Positions 9,653-19,406 of a stretch of DNA of 64,000 nt are shown here, one piece after another. The DNA is from Sphingobacteriales bacterium. Lineage in GTDB: Bacteria > Bacteroidota > Bacteroidia > AKYH767-A > OLB10. A program made the position numbers and the translations under genes. The notes beneath the pieces were generated by a model. The model had not been told where the DNA came from and did no database searches. It was given only the letters and a program-made list of their open reading frames with translations. The stretch is taken from positions 4,737 through 68,736 of the forward strand of contig JAJTFW010000004.1 of NCBI GenBank assembly GCA_021299095.1. Direction: 5' to 3'. The number at the start of each line of letters is the position of its first letter. Positions within the stretch are counted from its first letter, which is position 1.

Positions 9653-11032
9653 ATGGCCACCAGGGCAAAAACAGTCTTTTATTGTCAGAGTTGTGGCGCG
9701 AATGCTCCGAAATGGATCGGTAAATGTCCATCCTGCGGCGAGTGGAACACCTATGCGGAGGAAGTCGTTCAGGTTGCGCCGAAAGAAAACCAATGGCGAA
9801 CGGATTCACGCAAGGAGTCCAAGGCTTCGAAGCCACGGTTGATAAGCGACATCGCCCTTGAGACAAGTCCTCGGATTCCTCTTCCCGATCAGGAGCTGAG
9901 CCGCGTGTTAGGCGGAGGACTTGTTCCGGGTTCACTCACGTTGTTGGGTGGCGAACCCGGCATCGGTAAATCTACTCTTCTGCTTCAATTGGCGGTCCAG
10001 CTCAAAGGCAAACGGATCTTGTATATCTCGGGCGAGGAAAGCGAACAACAGGTTCGTATGCGTGCAGAGCGGATCGGACCTCAACAAGGCGAGTGTTACA
10101 TCCTTACCGAGACCACAACACAGCAGATTTTTCAGCAGATTGAAGCGCTTCGGCCTGAATTGGTGGTTGTCGATTCGATACAGACCCTGTATTCGAATGT
10201 GTATGAGTCCGCTCCTGGTACAGTTTCACAGATCCGAGGTTGTGCAGGAGAATTATTGCGTTTTGCCAAAGAAACCGCCACACCGGTCTTACTGATCGGT
10301 CACATAACCAAGGAGGGTAGTATAGCAGGTCCGAAGGTGTTGGAGCATATGGTCGATACCGTACTGCAGTTTGAAGGCGACCGGCATCATGTGTATCGTA
10401 TACTGCGTGCAATTAAGAATCGATTCGGTTCTACGGCCGAACTCGGGATTTATGAGATGCATGGTTCCGGGCTCCGGGAGGTGGCAAATCCCTCGGCTCT
10501 TTTGCTTTCACAACGCGATGCAAGCCTCAGTGGTACTGCGGTAGCCTGCACCATGGAAGGTGTAAGGCCTTTCCTTATCGAAACCCAAGCCCTTGTTTCC
10601 TCTGCGGTATATGGAACTCCGCAACGAACCACTACGGGATATGACCTGCGCAGATTGCACATGGTCCTGGCGGTTTTGGAGAAACGCTGTGGATTCAAGC
10701 TTGGTGCGAAGGATGTTTTTCTGAATATCGCCGGTGGCATTCGTGTAGAGGATCCGGCTATCGATCTGGCGATTATTTGTGCCGTACTCTCGTCTGCAGA
10801 GGATATGGCGATTGATCCGGCCTGTTGCTTCGCTGGCGAAGTTGGATTGACCGGTGAAATACGTCCTGTAACCCGTGTTGAGGCGCGGATAAACGAAGCC
10901 TCCCGGTTAGGGTTCAAGCGCATTTTTGTGTCCAGGTATAATTCGGGTCTCGAGGCGCTTGCATCACGCAGTACCATCAAAATCGAACCCGTAGGGAAGG
11001 TCGAGGAGGTATTCGGTTTGCTCTTCGCCTGA
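9653..11032 (+). CDS. radA: DNA repair protein RadA/Sms
   Basis: It has an N-terminal C4 zinc finger (CQSCGANAPKWIGKCPSCGEW), Walker A GGEPGIGKST, the KNRFG motif and a Lon-protease-like C-terminal domain. Confidence 0.95.
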   Translation: MATRAKTVFYCQSCGANAPKWIGKCPSCGEWNTYAEEVVQVAPKENQWRTDSRKESKASKPRLISDIALETSPRIPLPDQELSRVLGGGLVPGSLTLLGGEPGIGKSTLLLQLAVQLKGKRILYISGEESEQQVRMRAERIGPQQGECYILTETTTQQIFQQIEALRPELVVVDSIQTLYSNVYESAPGTVSQIRGCAGELLRFAKETATPVLLIGHITKEGSIAGPKVLEHMVDTVLQFEGDRHHVYRILRAIKNRFGSTAELGIYEMHGSGLREVANPSALLLSQRDASLSGTAVACTMEGVRPFLIETQALVSSAVYGTPQRTTTGYDLRRLHMVLAVLEKRCGFKLGAKDVFLNIAGGIRVEDPAIDLAIICAVLSSAEDMAIDPACCFAGEVGLTGEIRPVTRVEARINEASRLGFKRIFVSRYNSGLEALASRSTIKIEPVGKVEEVFGLLFA

Positions 11033-11051
11033 GTCGCCCCGTTTCCTTCCT

Positions 11052-11059
11052 TACCTTTG
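11052..11059 (+). promoter_or_regulatory. Bacteroidota -7 box (TAnnTTTG)
   Basis: TACCTTTG ends 7 nt before the rlmN ATG at 11067. Confidence 0.4.
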
Positions 11060-11066
11060 TTTCCGC

Positions 11067-12104
11067 ATGAAAACCAATATCCGTCATCTGAGCTCACAGG
11101 AACTCACTGCTTTCTTCGTTTCGAGCGGCGACAAGGCTTTTCGTGCCCGTCAGGTTGAGGAATGGCTTTGGAAGAAGGCTGCGCGCAGTTTTACGGAAAT
11201 GACCAATTTGAGCAAGGAGACTCGAAATCTGCTGGAGGAGAATTTTAAAATTGATGCGATTGCTGTCGATAAGAAACAGGTCAGTAATGACCGCACAATC
11301 AAAAGTGCATTCCGATTGCACGATGGACACTTGATTGAAGGAGTTCTGATACCAACCGATACTCGGATGACAGCCTGTGTCAGTTCGCAGGTTGGGTGTA
11401 GTCTTACTTGCAAGTTTTGTGCAACTGGTAAACTGGATCGCTTGCGGAACCTTGAATTCGATGAAATATTCGACCAGGTGGCCATCATCCGTGAGCAGGC
11501 GGCACAACACTATGACATCCCGCTGAGTAACGTAGTGTATATGGGAATGGGTGAGCCCTTACTGAATTATGCCAATGTGCTCAAGTCTATTGATTACATC
11601 ACTTCTCCACAGGGATTACATATGGCACCCCGGCGCATAACGGTCAGTACAGCGGGAATCGCCAAAATGATCAAAAAGCTCGGCGATGATCAAGTCAAGT
11701 TCAATCTTGCGTTGTCGCTTCATGCTGCTAACGATGCCAAGCGCGATCGTATCATGCCCATCAATGAAAGTAATAACCTGGCAGTACTTGAAGATGCGCT
11801 CAATTATTTCTACGAGAAGACCGGAACCCGAGTCACCTTGGAATATATCGTTTTCAATAAGTTCAACGATTCGCGTGAAGATGCCCGTGAACTCGCTTCG
11901 TTCGCCAGAAGGGTTGTAAGTAAAATAAACCTGATTGAATATAACCCGATTGATGGCGGTGAGTTTGAGCGAACCAGCGACGATCGCGTGAATGCATTCA
12001 TGAATGAATTGTGGCTTAATGGTCTGGTAGTGAACCTGCGTCGTAGTCGAGGCAAGGATATCGATGCTGCCTGCGGTCAACTTGCCAATAAATCAGTTGG
12101 GTGA
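11067..12104 (+). CDS. rlmN: 23S rRNA/tRNA (adenine-C2)-methyltransferase, radical SAM
   Basis: It has the CSLTCKFCATG radical-SAM cluster motif, MGMGEPL and the C-terminal GKDIDAACGQL motif. Confidence 0.95.
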   Translation: MKTNIRHLSSQELTAFFVSSGDKAFRARQVEEWLWKKAARSFTEMTNLSKETRNLLEENFKIDAIAVDKKQVSNDRTIKSAFRLHDGHLIEGVLIPTDTRMTACVSSQVGCSLTCKFCATGKLDRLRNLEFDEIFDQVAIIREQAAQHYDIPLSNVVYMGMGEPLLNYANVLKSIDYITSPQGLHMAPRRITVSTAGIAKMIKKLGDDQVKFNLALSLHAANDAKRDRIMPINESNNLAVLEDALNYFYEKTGTRVTLEYIVFNKFNDSREDARELASFARRVVSKINLIEYNPIDGGEFERTSDDRVNAFMNELWLNGLVVNLRRSRGKDIDAACGQLANKSVG

Positions 12105-12922
12105 TGGAGTCATTGGACTCTGCACCTTCAGTTACTGATAAACGCCTTGGCGCAATTTATGTCTATCCGATCAAGTCGCTCGATCGCCTCGAATTAAGTG
12201 CTGTTTCACTGGGCCCTGGCAATTCCTTGCTTAACGATCGCCGATTTGCAATTCGAAATGCCCATGGTGTTCTAGTCAACGGAAAACGCAATCCGTTTGT
12301 ACACCGTTTACGATGTCGATTTGCTAACGATGCTTCCACCGTGTTTATAAATTCGGAGTTGAGCGGGAGAAGCGGTGAGTTTGAGTTGAGCATTGGAAAC
12401 GACAACCTTAATGCGTTTCTAAGTTCTCATTTTTGTGAGGATGTGACGCTGATAGAGGATGTGGGCGGCCGATTTTTAGATGATCCCGATGATTCGGCAA
12501 TTACTTTAATTTCTGAGGAGACCCTTAGGGTGATTGCTGATTGGTATCACCTCGTAAATGTCGATGAAGCCACACGCCGATTACGGCCTAATTTGGTCAT
12601 GACGGGTTTTTCCGCTTTTGAAGAGGACTCCTTGTCTCTTGATGCGGATATGGGTTGCGAGTTTCGTTTAGGAGCACTTTCCTGGCGTGCAATCAAGACC
12701 TGCCCTCGCTGCGTTGTTCCTTCCCGGCACCCCGATACAGCGGCCGTTTTAACTGGATTTCAAAAAACATTCGTGGAAAACAGGTCGGCTTACCGGCATG
12801 CGTCCGAACTCGAAGTGGCTACAGGTCACTTGTATCACGCCTCGGTATGTTGTATTCCGGCACATCGAACCGGTGCCGATAACTCCCTTGTATTAGGAGA
12901 TGTTTTCTCCCTGCTTTCCTAG
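12104..12922 (+). CDS. MOSC domain protein (with MOSC N-terminal beta-barrel)
   Basis: The N-terminal IYVYPIKS motif and the C-terminal CPRCVVPS motif with conserved Cys are typical of MOSC proteins. The ATG overlaps the rlmN stop (TGATG). Confidence 0.8.
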   Translation: MESLDSAPSVTDKRLGAIYVYPIKSLDRLELSAVSLGPGNSLLNDRRFAIRNAHGVLVNGKRNPFVHRLRCRFANDASTVFINSELSGRSGEFELSIGNDNLNAFLSSHFCEDVTLIEDVGGRFLDDPDDSAITLISEETLRVIADWYHLVNVDEATRRLRPNLVMTGFSAFEEDSLSLDADMGCEFRLGALSWRAIKTCPRCVVPSRHPDTAAVLTGFQKTFVENRSAYRHASELEVATGHLYHASVCCIPAHRTGADNSLVLGDVFSLLS

Positions 12923-13506
12923 CGCCTTTCCATCCAAGCCTTCACGTACTTGCCTAGAATATCGAATTCCAGGTTCACCGTCTTCCCAGCGAACAGATTT
13001 TTGAAGGTGGTGTGCTCCCAAGTATATGGGATTATAGCAACTGAAAAATAGCCGGGGCTTGATTCGACCACGGTGAGACTCACCCCATTGATGGCAATCG
13101 AGCCTTTAGCGACCGTCAGGTGTCCGCTTGATGCGTCATATCTGAATTGAAACAGCCAGCTGCCGTCTTCCTCCGTCACCTTTTCACAGGTTGCGGTCAA
13201 ATCCACATGCCCCTGCACAATGTGTCCGTCGAAACGACCATCTACCGGAACACAACGTTCAAGGTTCACCTGATCTCCCGGCTTCCATGAACCAAGGGTT
13301 GTTTTGCGAAGGGTTTCTGCAATTGCGGTAACTACATAGCCTTCGGGCCTGAATCCAGTCACTGTGAGGCAAACTCCATCGTGTGCGACACTCTGATCTT
13401 CCTTAAGGTCTTCTGTGATTGATGATTCGATAATGAACGTGCGGTTGCCATTTTCTTCAGCGACGGCAACCACGGTCCCCAGGCATTCGATGATTCCGGT
13501 AAACAT
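12919..13506 (-). CDS. ribE: riboflavin synthase (alpha chain)
   Basis: It begins MFTGIIE and has two lumazine-binding repeats (GDSIAxNGVCLT-like: HDGVCLTV and GSIAINGVSLTV). Confidence 0.9.
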   Translation of the reverse strand: MFTGIIECLGTVVAVAEENGNRTFIIESSITEDLKEDQSVAHDGVCLTVTGFRPEGYVVTAIAETLRKTTLGSWKPGDQVNLERCVPVDGRFDGHIVQGHVDLTATCEKVTEEDGSWLFQFRYDASSGHLTVAKGSIAINGVSLTVVESSPGYFSVAIIPYTWEHTTFKNLFAGKTVNLEFDILGKYVKAWMERR

Positions 13507-13587
13507 GCTTCAAAGGTAAACCATGACAGACGTTTCGCTAAAGCCAGATACGCAATCAAGCCTTATTTTTACAGCAAACCCCACGAT

Positions 13588-15759
13588 ATGTCCATTGGTT
13601 TTCGTTTGCTACTCGCATCCCTTGCCGTTTGCGGCTCGCTAATCGCCCAGCCTCAGAAAAAAAATCTCACGATTGAAGACGCGGTGCTAAGACAGCGAAG
13701 CACGCTGGCTCCAAAGCGATTGCCCGGCTTACAGTGGGGCCATGCTGGTGATGCATTTTCGTACACAGAAAGTGCTGGTGGTGATGAATGGTTGATGGAA
13801 GGTCGGCCTGGAAACAAGACGAGAACGCGACTATTCTCACTTTCAAATTTGAATGGATTGTTGCGCACAGCTGGCTCGGATACGCTCGCCAAATGGCCTG
13901 CCGTAATCTGGAAGGGCTCCGCTTCGTTTCACTTTGAGGCCGGGGGTAGGACGCGCATGCTTGATGTGAGTTCTAATTCGCTGACCGTTGTTCCGACTCC
14001 GGAGCTCCCGAAGGGCGCAGAACATATAGAGCCTTCAAAAAGCGGTCCGGTCGCATTTGTTCAGGATTACAACATCATGATTACTGCTATCGGGGAGGCC
14101 GTACGGCAGGTGACAAAAGATGGTAGCCGCGAACTTTTGTATGGCACCTCTGTTCATCGTGATGAATTCGGAATCAACAAAGGCTTGTTTTGGTCGCCCG
14201 ATAATAGGCGCTTGGCCTTTTACAGAATGGATCAGTCGATGGTGACTGATTATCCGCTCCTTGATTTTGCCGCAAAGCCCGCCAATCATGAGCCCATCAA
14301 ATATCCTTTTGCAGGGGACTCAAGCCATCAAGTGAGAATAGGTGTTTATGATATGTCCAGCGGTAGCACAATCTACCTTCAGACCGGATTGCCTGTAGAT
14401 CAATATCTGACCAATATTGCCTGGTCGCCCGATGCGCAATCGGTGTACGTTGCTGTACTTAATCGGGGCCAGGACCATATGAAACTCAATCGATACTCGG
14501 CCAAGACGGGGGCGTTTGAAACGACACTTTTTGAAGAGCGGGATCCGATGTACACCGAGCCGATGCATCCCATTGAGTTTTTGCCCGGCGATCCGACCAA
14601 GTTCATTTGGCAGAGCCGTAGAGATGGATGGAATCACCTCTACCTCTATGATATAAGCGGAAAACCAATCCGCCAACTAACCAAAGGAGAATGGGAGATC
14701 ACCGATTTTAATGGATTTGATTCAAAAGGGAAAACAGCTTTCTTTCATTCAACCGATAACATGGGGCTGGATCGCGTGTTTAAATCGGTTGAGTTGTCTT
14801 CTGGGAAAGTGCGTTTGCTGAGCTCGGGTTCAGGTGTGCACACCTGCGTGCTGAATTCCCAACGCACGGCCTTCATCGACAATTGGAGCAGTCAGGTTGT
14901 TCCCCGTATCATACGTATCGCCTCTACACGAGATGGGAAGGTGTTGGAAACACTGCTGGAGGCTGCCAATCCACTTGCTGACTATACAGTAGGGCAGACG
15001 CGTACATTCACCATCTCAGCGGCAGATGGTAAAACCCCACTGTGGTGCAGGTTGATTTTACCCGCTGACTTCGACAGCACCCGGAAATATCCTGCGGTCG
15101 TGTATTTGTACGGTGGGCCACATGCGCAAATGATCACGAATACGTGGCTGGCAGGTGCGGATCTCTGGTTTCACTACCTGACTCAACAAGGCTATATCGT
15201 TTTCACGGTCGACAACCGTGGTTCATCAAATCGCGGAAAGACCTTTGAACAGGCGACCTTCAGAAAACTTGGTGAGGAGGAAATGCGCGATCAGATTGCA
15301 GGTGTCAATGCCCTTAAGGCATTTCGCTACGTGGACGCATCCCGTTTGGGTGTGTATGGTTGGAGTTTTGGGGGATTCATGACCACCTCACTCATGACAC
15401 GTTATCCGGGTGTATTCAAAGCGGCCGTTGCCGGAGGTCCTGTGATGGATTGGAATTATTACGAGGTGATGTACACTGAGCGATACATGGATATGCCTAG
15501 TGAAAATCCGGAAGGATACCGTATCAGCAAACTGACCGCTCAGGCGGATCAACTCAACGGTAAGCTACTATTGATACATGGAACGAGCGATGATGTTGTT
15601 GTTTGGCAACACAGCTTGATGTTCCTCAAACAGGCTGTCAGTAAGGGCGTTCAGTTGGATTACTTTGTTTACCCCGGGCACCTGCACAATGTGACCGGAA
15701 AAGACAGGGTTCACCTGAATTCAAAGATCACGGGTTACTTCAACGATTTTCTGAAGTAG
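13588..15759 (+). CDS. S9B family serine peptidase, dipeptidyl peptidase IV-like
   Basis: It has a signal peptide, a DPPIV N-terminal propeller region and a catalytic GWSFGG nucleophile elbow. The Asp and His regions (GTSDDVV, PGHLHN) follow. Confidence 0.9.
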   Translation: MSIGFRLLLASLAVCGSLIAQPQKKNLTIEDAVLRQRSTLAPKRLPGLQWGHAGDAFSYTESAGGDEWLMEGRPGNKTRTRLFSLSNLNGLLRTAGSDTLAKWPAVIWKGSASFHFEAGGRTRMLDVSSNSLTVVPTPELPKGAEHIEPSKSGPVAFVQDYNIMITAIGEAVRQVTKDGSRELLYGTSVHRDEFGINKGLFWSPDNRRLAFYRMDQSMVTDYPLLDFAAKPANHEPIKYPFAGDSSHQVRIGVYDMSSGSTIYLQTGLPVDQYLTNIAWSPDAQSVYVAVLNRGQDHMKLNRYSAKTGAFETTLFEERDPMYTEPMHPIEFLPGDPTKFIWQSRRDGWNHLYLYDISGKPIRQLTKGEWEITDFNGFDSKGKTAFFHSTDNMGLDRVFKSVELSSGKVRLLSSGSGVHTCVLNSQRTAFIDNWSSQVVPRIIRIASTRDGKVLETLLEAANPLADYTVGQTRTFTISAADGKTPLWCRLILPADFDSTRKYPAVVYLYGGPHAQMITNTWLAGADLWFHYLTQQGYIVFTVDNRGSSNRGKTFEQATFRKLGEEEMRDQIAGVNALKAFRYVDASRLGVYGWSFGGFMTTSLMTRYPGVFKAAVAGGPVMDWNYYEVMYTERYMDMPSENPEGYRISKLTAQADQLNGKLLLIHGTSDDVVVWQHSLMFLKQAVSKGVQLDYFVYPGHLHNVTGKDRVHLNSKITGYFNDFLK

Positions 15760-15763
15760 AATT

Positions 15764-17077
15764 TCAGCCTGCAGCAAGGGCGCGTTTATAAACGTCCAGG
15801 CAGCGTTCGCGGGCTTCCTTGTGATCTACTATCGGTTTCGGGTAGCTGAATTCGGCGTGCTCGGGTACCCATTTATTGATGTATACCAAATCGGGATCGA
15901 ACTTTCGCGTTTGTTCATACGGGTTGAAGACTCTGAAATAAGGTGCAGCGTCACAACCGCTTCCGGCAGCCCATTGCCAACCGCCATTATTCGAGCTGAG
16001 CTCGAAATCCAGCAGCTTACGGGCAAACCAGGCCTCGCCAAGTCTCCAGTCAATGAGCAAATGCTTGGTTAGAAAACTGGCCACGACCATTCTCACACGG
16101 TTGTGCATGTATCCTGTGGTATTCAATTCGCGCATCCCGGCATCGACAATCGGGTAACCTGTTTTCCCCTCACACCAGGCTTGATAGGCTTTTTCATCAG
16201 TTCTCCAAGGAATGCGGTCGTAGGCCGGTTTAAATGCGGCGCCAACAACATGCGGAAAATGCCAGAGGATCATCATATAGAATTCACGCCAGCACAATTC
16301 GTTTAGCCATGAAAAACTATGTTGTTCAGCAAGCCGCACCAATTCACGGATACTCACCGTTCCGAATCGGAGATGCAATCCGATTTTTGATGTTCCATCC
16401 ACACCGGGCAGATTCCGTGTGTCTGCATAATTTGCCAGCAGGGATTCTGGGATCAGGGTGCCTGGAAAACTCAGCTTGCTGCTGGAAAATCCGATTTCTG
16501 CATGTGTTGGAATCGGACGCTGTTTTTGCTTGTATAAGTGATCGAGACGCGCCTCACTGGGTAGGCTTTCGGGCCGATGAGATTTGAGGCGAGCGATCCA
16601 TTTTCTTGAATAGGGCGTGTAAACGGTATAGGGTTTTCCGTCGTCCTTCACCACTTCATTTCTCTCGAAAATCACCTGGTCTTTACAAGTTTGAAAGGTG
16701 ACGTTGTGCTTTTTTAAAAAATCAGAAATCTTTTGGTCGCGTTCCTGTGCGTAAGGTTCGTAATCGTGGTTTGTGTAAACATCCTTCACATCGTAATCCT
16801 GCAGAAGGGTTTTCCATACTGTTTCCGGATGTCCGAAACGTACATCCAAGGTTGAACCGGTATGACGTATTTCCTCCTGCATTTCCGTTAATCTGCGGTG
16901 TATAAAGTCGACACGAGCATCATCACGGTCTTCCAACTTGTTCAGAATGTCGCTGTCGAAGATGAACAGGGGAACAACCGGATTTCCCGATTTTAGGGCC
17001 TGGTACAATCCGGTGTTGTCCTTCCAGCGCAGATCTCTGCGAAACCAGAAAATGCAAACAGATTCAATTTTTGCCAT
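15764..17077 (-). CDS. phr: deoxyribodipyrimidine photolyase / cryptochrome family protein
   Basis: It has the N-terminal FWFRRDLR motif and the FAD-binding region WREFY, GYMHNRVRMVVASFL and NNGGWQWAAG. The start overlaps the upstream gene by 14 nt. Confidence 0.85.
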   Translation of the reverse strand: MAKIESVCIFWFRRDLRWKDNTGLYQALKSGNPVVPLFIFDSDILNKLEDRDDARVDFIHRRLTEMQEEIRHTGSTLDVRFGHPETVWKTLLQDYDVKDVYTNHDYEPYAQERDQKISDFLKKHNVTFQTCKDQVIFERNEVVKDDGKPYTVYTPYSRKWIARLKSHRPESLPSEARLDHLYKQKQRPIPTHAEIGFSSSKLSFPGTLIPESLLANYADTRNLPGVDGTSKIGLHLRFGTVSIRELVRLAEQHSFSWLNELCWREFYMMILWHFPHVVGAAFKPAYDRIPWRTDEKAYQAWCEGKTGYPIVDAGMRELNTTGYMHNRVRMVVASFLTKHLLIDWRLGEAWFARKLLDFELSSNNGGWQWAAGSGCDAAPYFRVFNPYEQTRKFDPDLVYINKWVPEHAEFSYPKPIVDHKEARERCLDVYKRALAAG

Positions 17078-17963
17078 ACAGGTCTTTTAATGCGTCAGTC
17101 AAAATGGGAAATTTGAATTGGAATCCCTCGGAAAGAATACGGTCGCAAGAAACAAAGGTGCTGTCGAGCACCAGCACTGCCTGCTCGCCGAGTATTATTC
17201 GCAGGACGAAGGCAGGAGCAGGAAGTAGCAGACTAATTGGATTCACAATTCGTCGGAGTGTTCGCATGAACACACGTTGCTCCACGGGATGTGGTGCAAC
17301 ACCATTGTAAATACCCGTAGTAGAATTCTTAGACAATGCGTGCAGGAAAAGGGCGCACAGATCATCGATATGAATCCAACTCATAACCTGGTTTCCCTGA
17401 CCAAGAATGGAGGCGATGCCTGCCTGCAACGGAGCTTCAAGTTTTGGTAATGCGCCACCATTCCTGGACAGCACAATTCCGATGCGAATGGTAACATGCC
17501 GTACAGGACACGATTCATAGGCTGATTCCCATGCGGCAGTTGTTTCAGAAAGAAACCCGACTCCCATCTTGCTGTGCTCATCCAAAATTTCGTTTCCCCG
17601 GCTTCCATAGAAACCGATGGCCGAAGCGGAAATCACACAGCTGACGCGATTGGATTGATTGTTCAAGGCGTGAATAAGCGTCTGAGCGGCATCCAGACGG
17701 CTTTGCAAAATCTTGCGCTTATAGCCTGTTGTCCAGCGTGAGCCGGCAATAGGAGCGCCCGCCAATGAAATGATGGCATCGATTTCATTCAAAGCTTCCT
17801 TAGGAAGTTCGTGACGTTCGGGGTTCCAGGCGAAAGTGCGAACCTGCTCATGCCCATTCGGATTTCGCACAAGCCAACGCACTTCATGTCCTGCTGTTTG
17901 GAGCACCTGTGTGAGACGTTGACCGACAAGACCGTTTCCGCCGGCGATGAGAATACATGCCAT
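17064..17963 (-). CDS. TIGR01777-type NAD-dependent epimerase/dehydratase family protein (DUF1731 C-terminus, YfcH-like)
   Basis: The Rossmann motif ILIAGGNGLVGQ lies directly after ATG 17963. The C-terminal FQFKFP motif is typical of DUF1731. The longer ORF to 18143 overlaps the upstream gene and adds non-conserved sequence. Confidence 0.8.
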   Translation of the reverse strand: MACILIAGGNGLVGQRLTQVLQTAGHEVRWLVRNPNGHEQVRTFAWNPERHELPKEALNEIDAIISLAGAPIAGSRWTTGYKRKILQSRLDAAQTLIHALNNQSNRVSCVISASAIGFYGSRGNEILDEHSKMGVGFLSETTAAWESAYESCPVRHVTIRIGIVLSRNGGALPKLEAPLQAGIASILGQGNQVMSWIHIDDLCALFLHALSKNSTTGIYNGVAPHPVEQRVFMRTLRRIVNPISLLLPAPAFVLRIILGEQAVLVLDSTFVSCDRILSEGFQFKFPILTDALKDLYGKN

Positions 17964-17997
17964 GCACAGATAACACTTCTGCACTCGGAAAGTTAAT

Positions 17998-18978
17998 TCA
18001 CTCGACCAGGTAAGCCGGGTCGAATCCGGAGTCGCCTGGGTCGAAATTGAGGATGGGCGCTGCGGCGGGCCGGTTCCCAAACCGCACTTGCAAACTAAAT
18101 CGGAAATACGGTGCTGGCATTTGCGTATCGCGCACTCCATCAAGTTGAACGCGCCCGCCGGTGGTCATTCCCGCCTCGGCGGTGATGACCGTATGGCGTG
18201 CGCCATACCATCGCCCAAGCACTCCAACGCGTGGAAAATTAAACCTGTAGAACACAGGATCCTCACGATTTGCACTATCAGCTGGTAGCACATGGTAACC
18301 TCCCATGTTTTGAGCACGGATCAACATGCTGAATTTCTTCGAGAAGAGGTGGGTGTATGATGCGTTAAACGGAAAAGTGAACTGAATCTGGTCTTCATTG
18401 CCAAGGGTGTAGCCAAGACCTGCTACAGGTAGGATCCGGTCTTTTCCGGTGATCGGTGTATAGCTTAGCCCGAGAGTATGCCACAATCGGTTGTTGTGAT
18501 ACAATTTGCGCCAAATCAGCGAACCGTGTAAACGCAACGACCGGGTGCGAAAACTGAATGATTCGGTGGGCAAGGAGAGGCTCAGATTTGCCATCAGTAA
18601 TTGACGAAGACCCTTGGCCATCAGACCAGTCATGCCGATCCGGAGCTGGCTCAGGGCCCGGTCCGGTTCGATATAATCCAGCTGACTCTGCCTATAATGA
18701 GCGCTACCTTGAGCAAGAACAGCAAAGAAAGGTTTTCCGCCGTCGGCTGACAGCCAGTCTTTCCCGGTATAAATGGGTGTCCGCCAGGTAAAAGACAAGC
18801 CTGTAAAACCGTTTTGTACCGTACTGTCGCCTACCTGACTCGGAACCAGATATTCGGCATCAGCCTGCCACATGGGGGAGAGCAGTGGATGGGGACGATA
18901 GCCACCCTGTGCCCGGAGAATGATCGGAGTCAGCACTAGCACAAATACTGATATGATACTTTTTCGCGTGATATGCAT
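17998..18978 (-). CDS. hypothetical outer-membrane beta-barrel protein
   Basis: ATG 18978 gives a signal peptide (MHITRKSIISVFVLVLTPIILRAQ). The sequence shows the alternating hydrophobic and aromatic-rich pattern of beta-strands. I do not recognise a family. Confidence 0.5.
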   Translation of the reverse strand: MHITRKSIISVFVLVLTPIILRAQGGYRPHPLLSPMWQADAEYLVPSQVGDSTVQNGFTGLSFTWRTPIYTGKDWLSADGGKPFFAVLAQGSAHYRQSQLDYIEPDRALSQLRIGMTGLMAKGLRQLLMANLSLSLPTESFSFRTRSLRLHGSLIWRKLYHNNRLWHTLGLSYTPITGKDRILPVAGLGYTLGNEDQIQFTFPFNASYTHLFSKKFSMLIRAQNMGGYHVLPADSANREDPVFYRFNFPRVGVLGRWYGARHTVITAEAGMTTGGRVQLDGVRDTQMPAPYFRFSLQVRFGNRPAAAPILNFDPGDSGFDPAYLVE

Positions 18979-19007
18979 GAACTTTGGCGTCTCGACGAAG
19001 ATAGACC

Positions 19008-19346
19008 ATGAACGATCAGCAACTGGAGCGGTACAGACATGACCTGGATTTTTTACGGGCGATGGCTGCGCAGACTGAGACGGATTTTGCACGCTTTGGT
19101 TATCCACTCACATTTAACAGCGAATTACAACCCGACTTCAGGCGTTTTTGTGCAGAGCTCGCTCCCCGCCTCCGCGAATGGTGCAAGGTGGAGGGCGACC
19201 GCATTCGTTCGCTTTTGTATCACATCGACTTGCCCGAACACATGATTCCCGAAGGCTACGGATGCAGGGATACTGAGCTCTTGGCTGAGCGGATTTTGCA
19301 ACGGGAATTGATAAAAGTGGTTTTGCGTAAACATTTTTCCGGCTAG
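19008..19346 (+). CDS. hypothetical protein (112 aa)
   Basis: It is a clean ATG ORF with non-repetitive composition, directly upstream of and co-directional with the CarH-like regulator. I recognise no motif. Confidence 0.45.
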   Translation: MNDQQLERYRHDLDFLRAMAAQTETDFARFGYPLTFNSELQPDFRRFCAELAPRLREWCKVEGDRIRSLLYHIDLPEHMIPEGYGCRDTELLAERILQRELIKVVLRKHFSG

Positions 19347-19406
19347 GCTGTTTTATCATCACGGGATGCGGACATCCAACCGATGCCCGGTGTGAAGAAA
19401 AACGCC

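Noticed and set aside
10450-11097. 215-aa minus-strand ORF opposite radA.
   Set aside because: It lies entirely within the strongly supported radA gene. It has low-complexity Ser/Ala/Arg-rich sequence and no start context.
12919-12922. The convergent MOSC and ribE genes share a palindromic CTAG that supplies both stop codons.
   Set aside because: This is a real but trivial consequence of tight packing, with no functional implication that I can defend.
13507-13587. Possible FMN riboswitch upstream of ribE.
   Set aside because: The 81-nt region is too short and lacks the conserved FMN aptamer segments.
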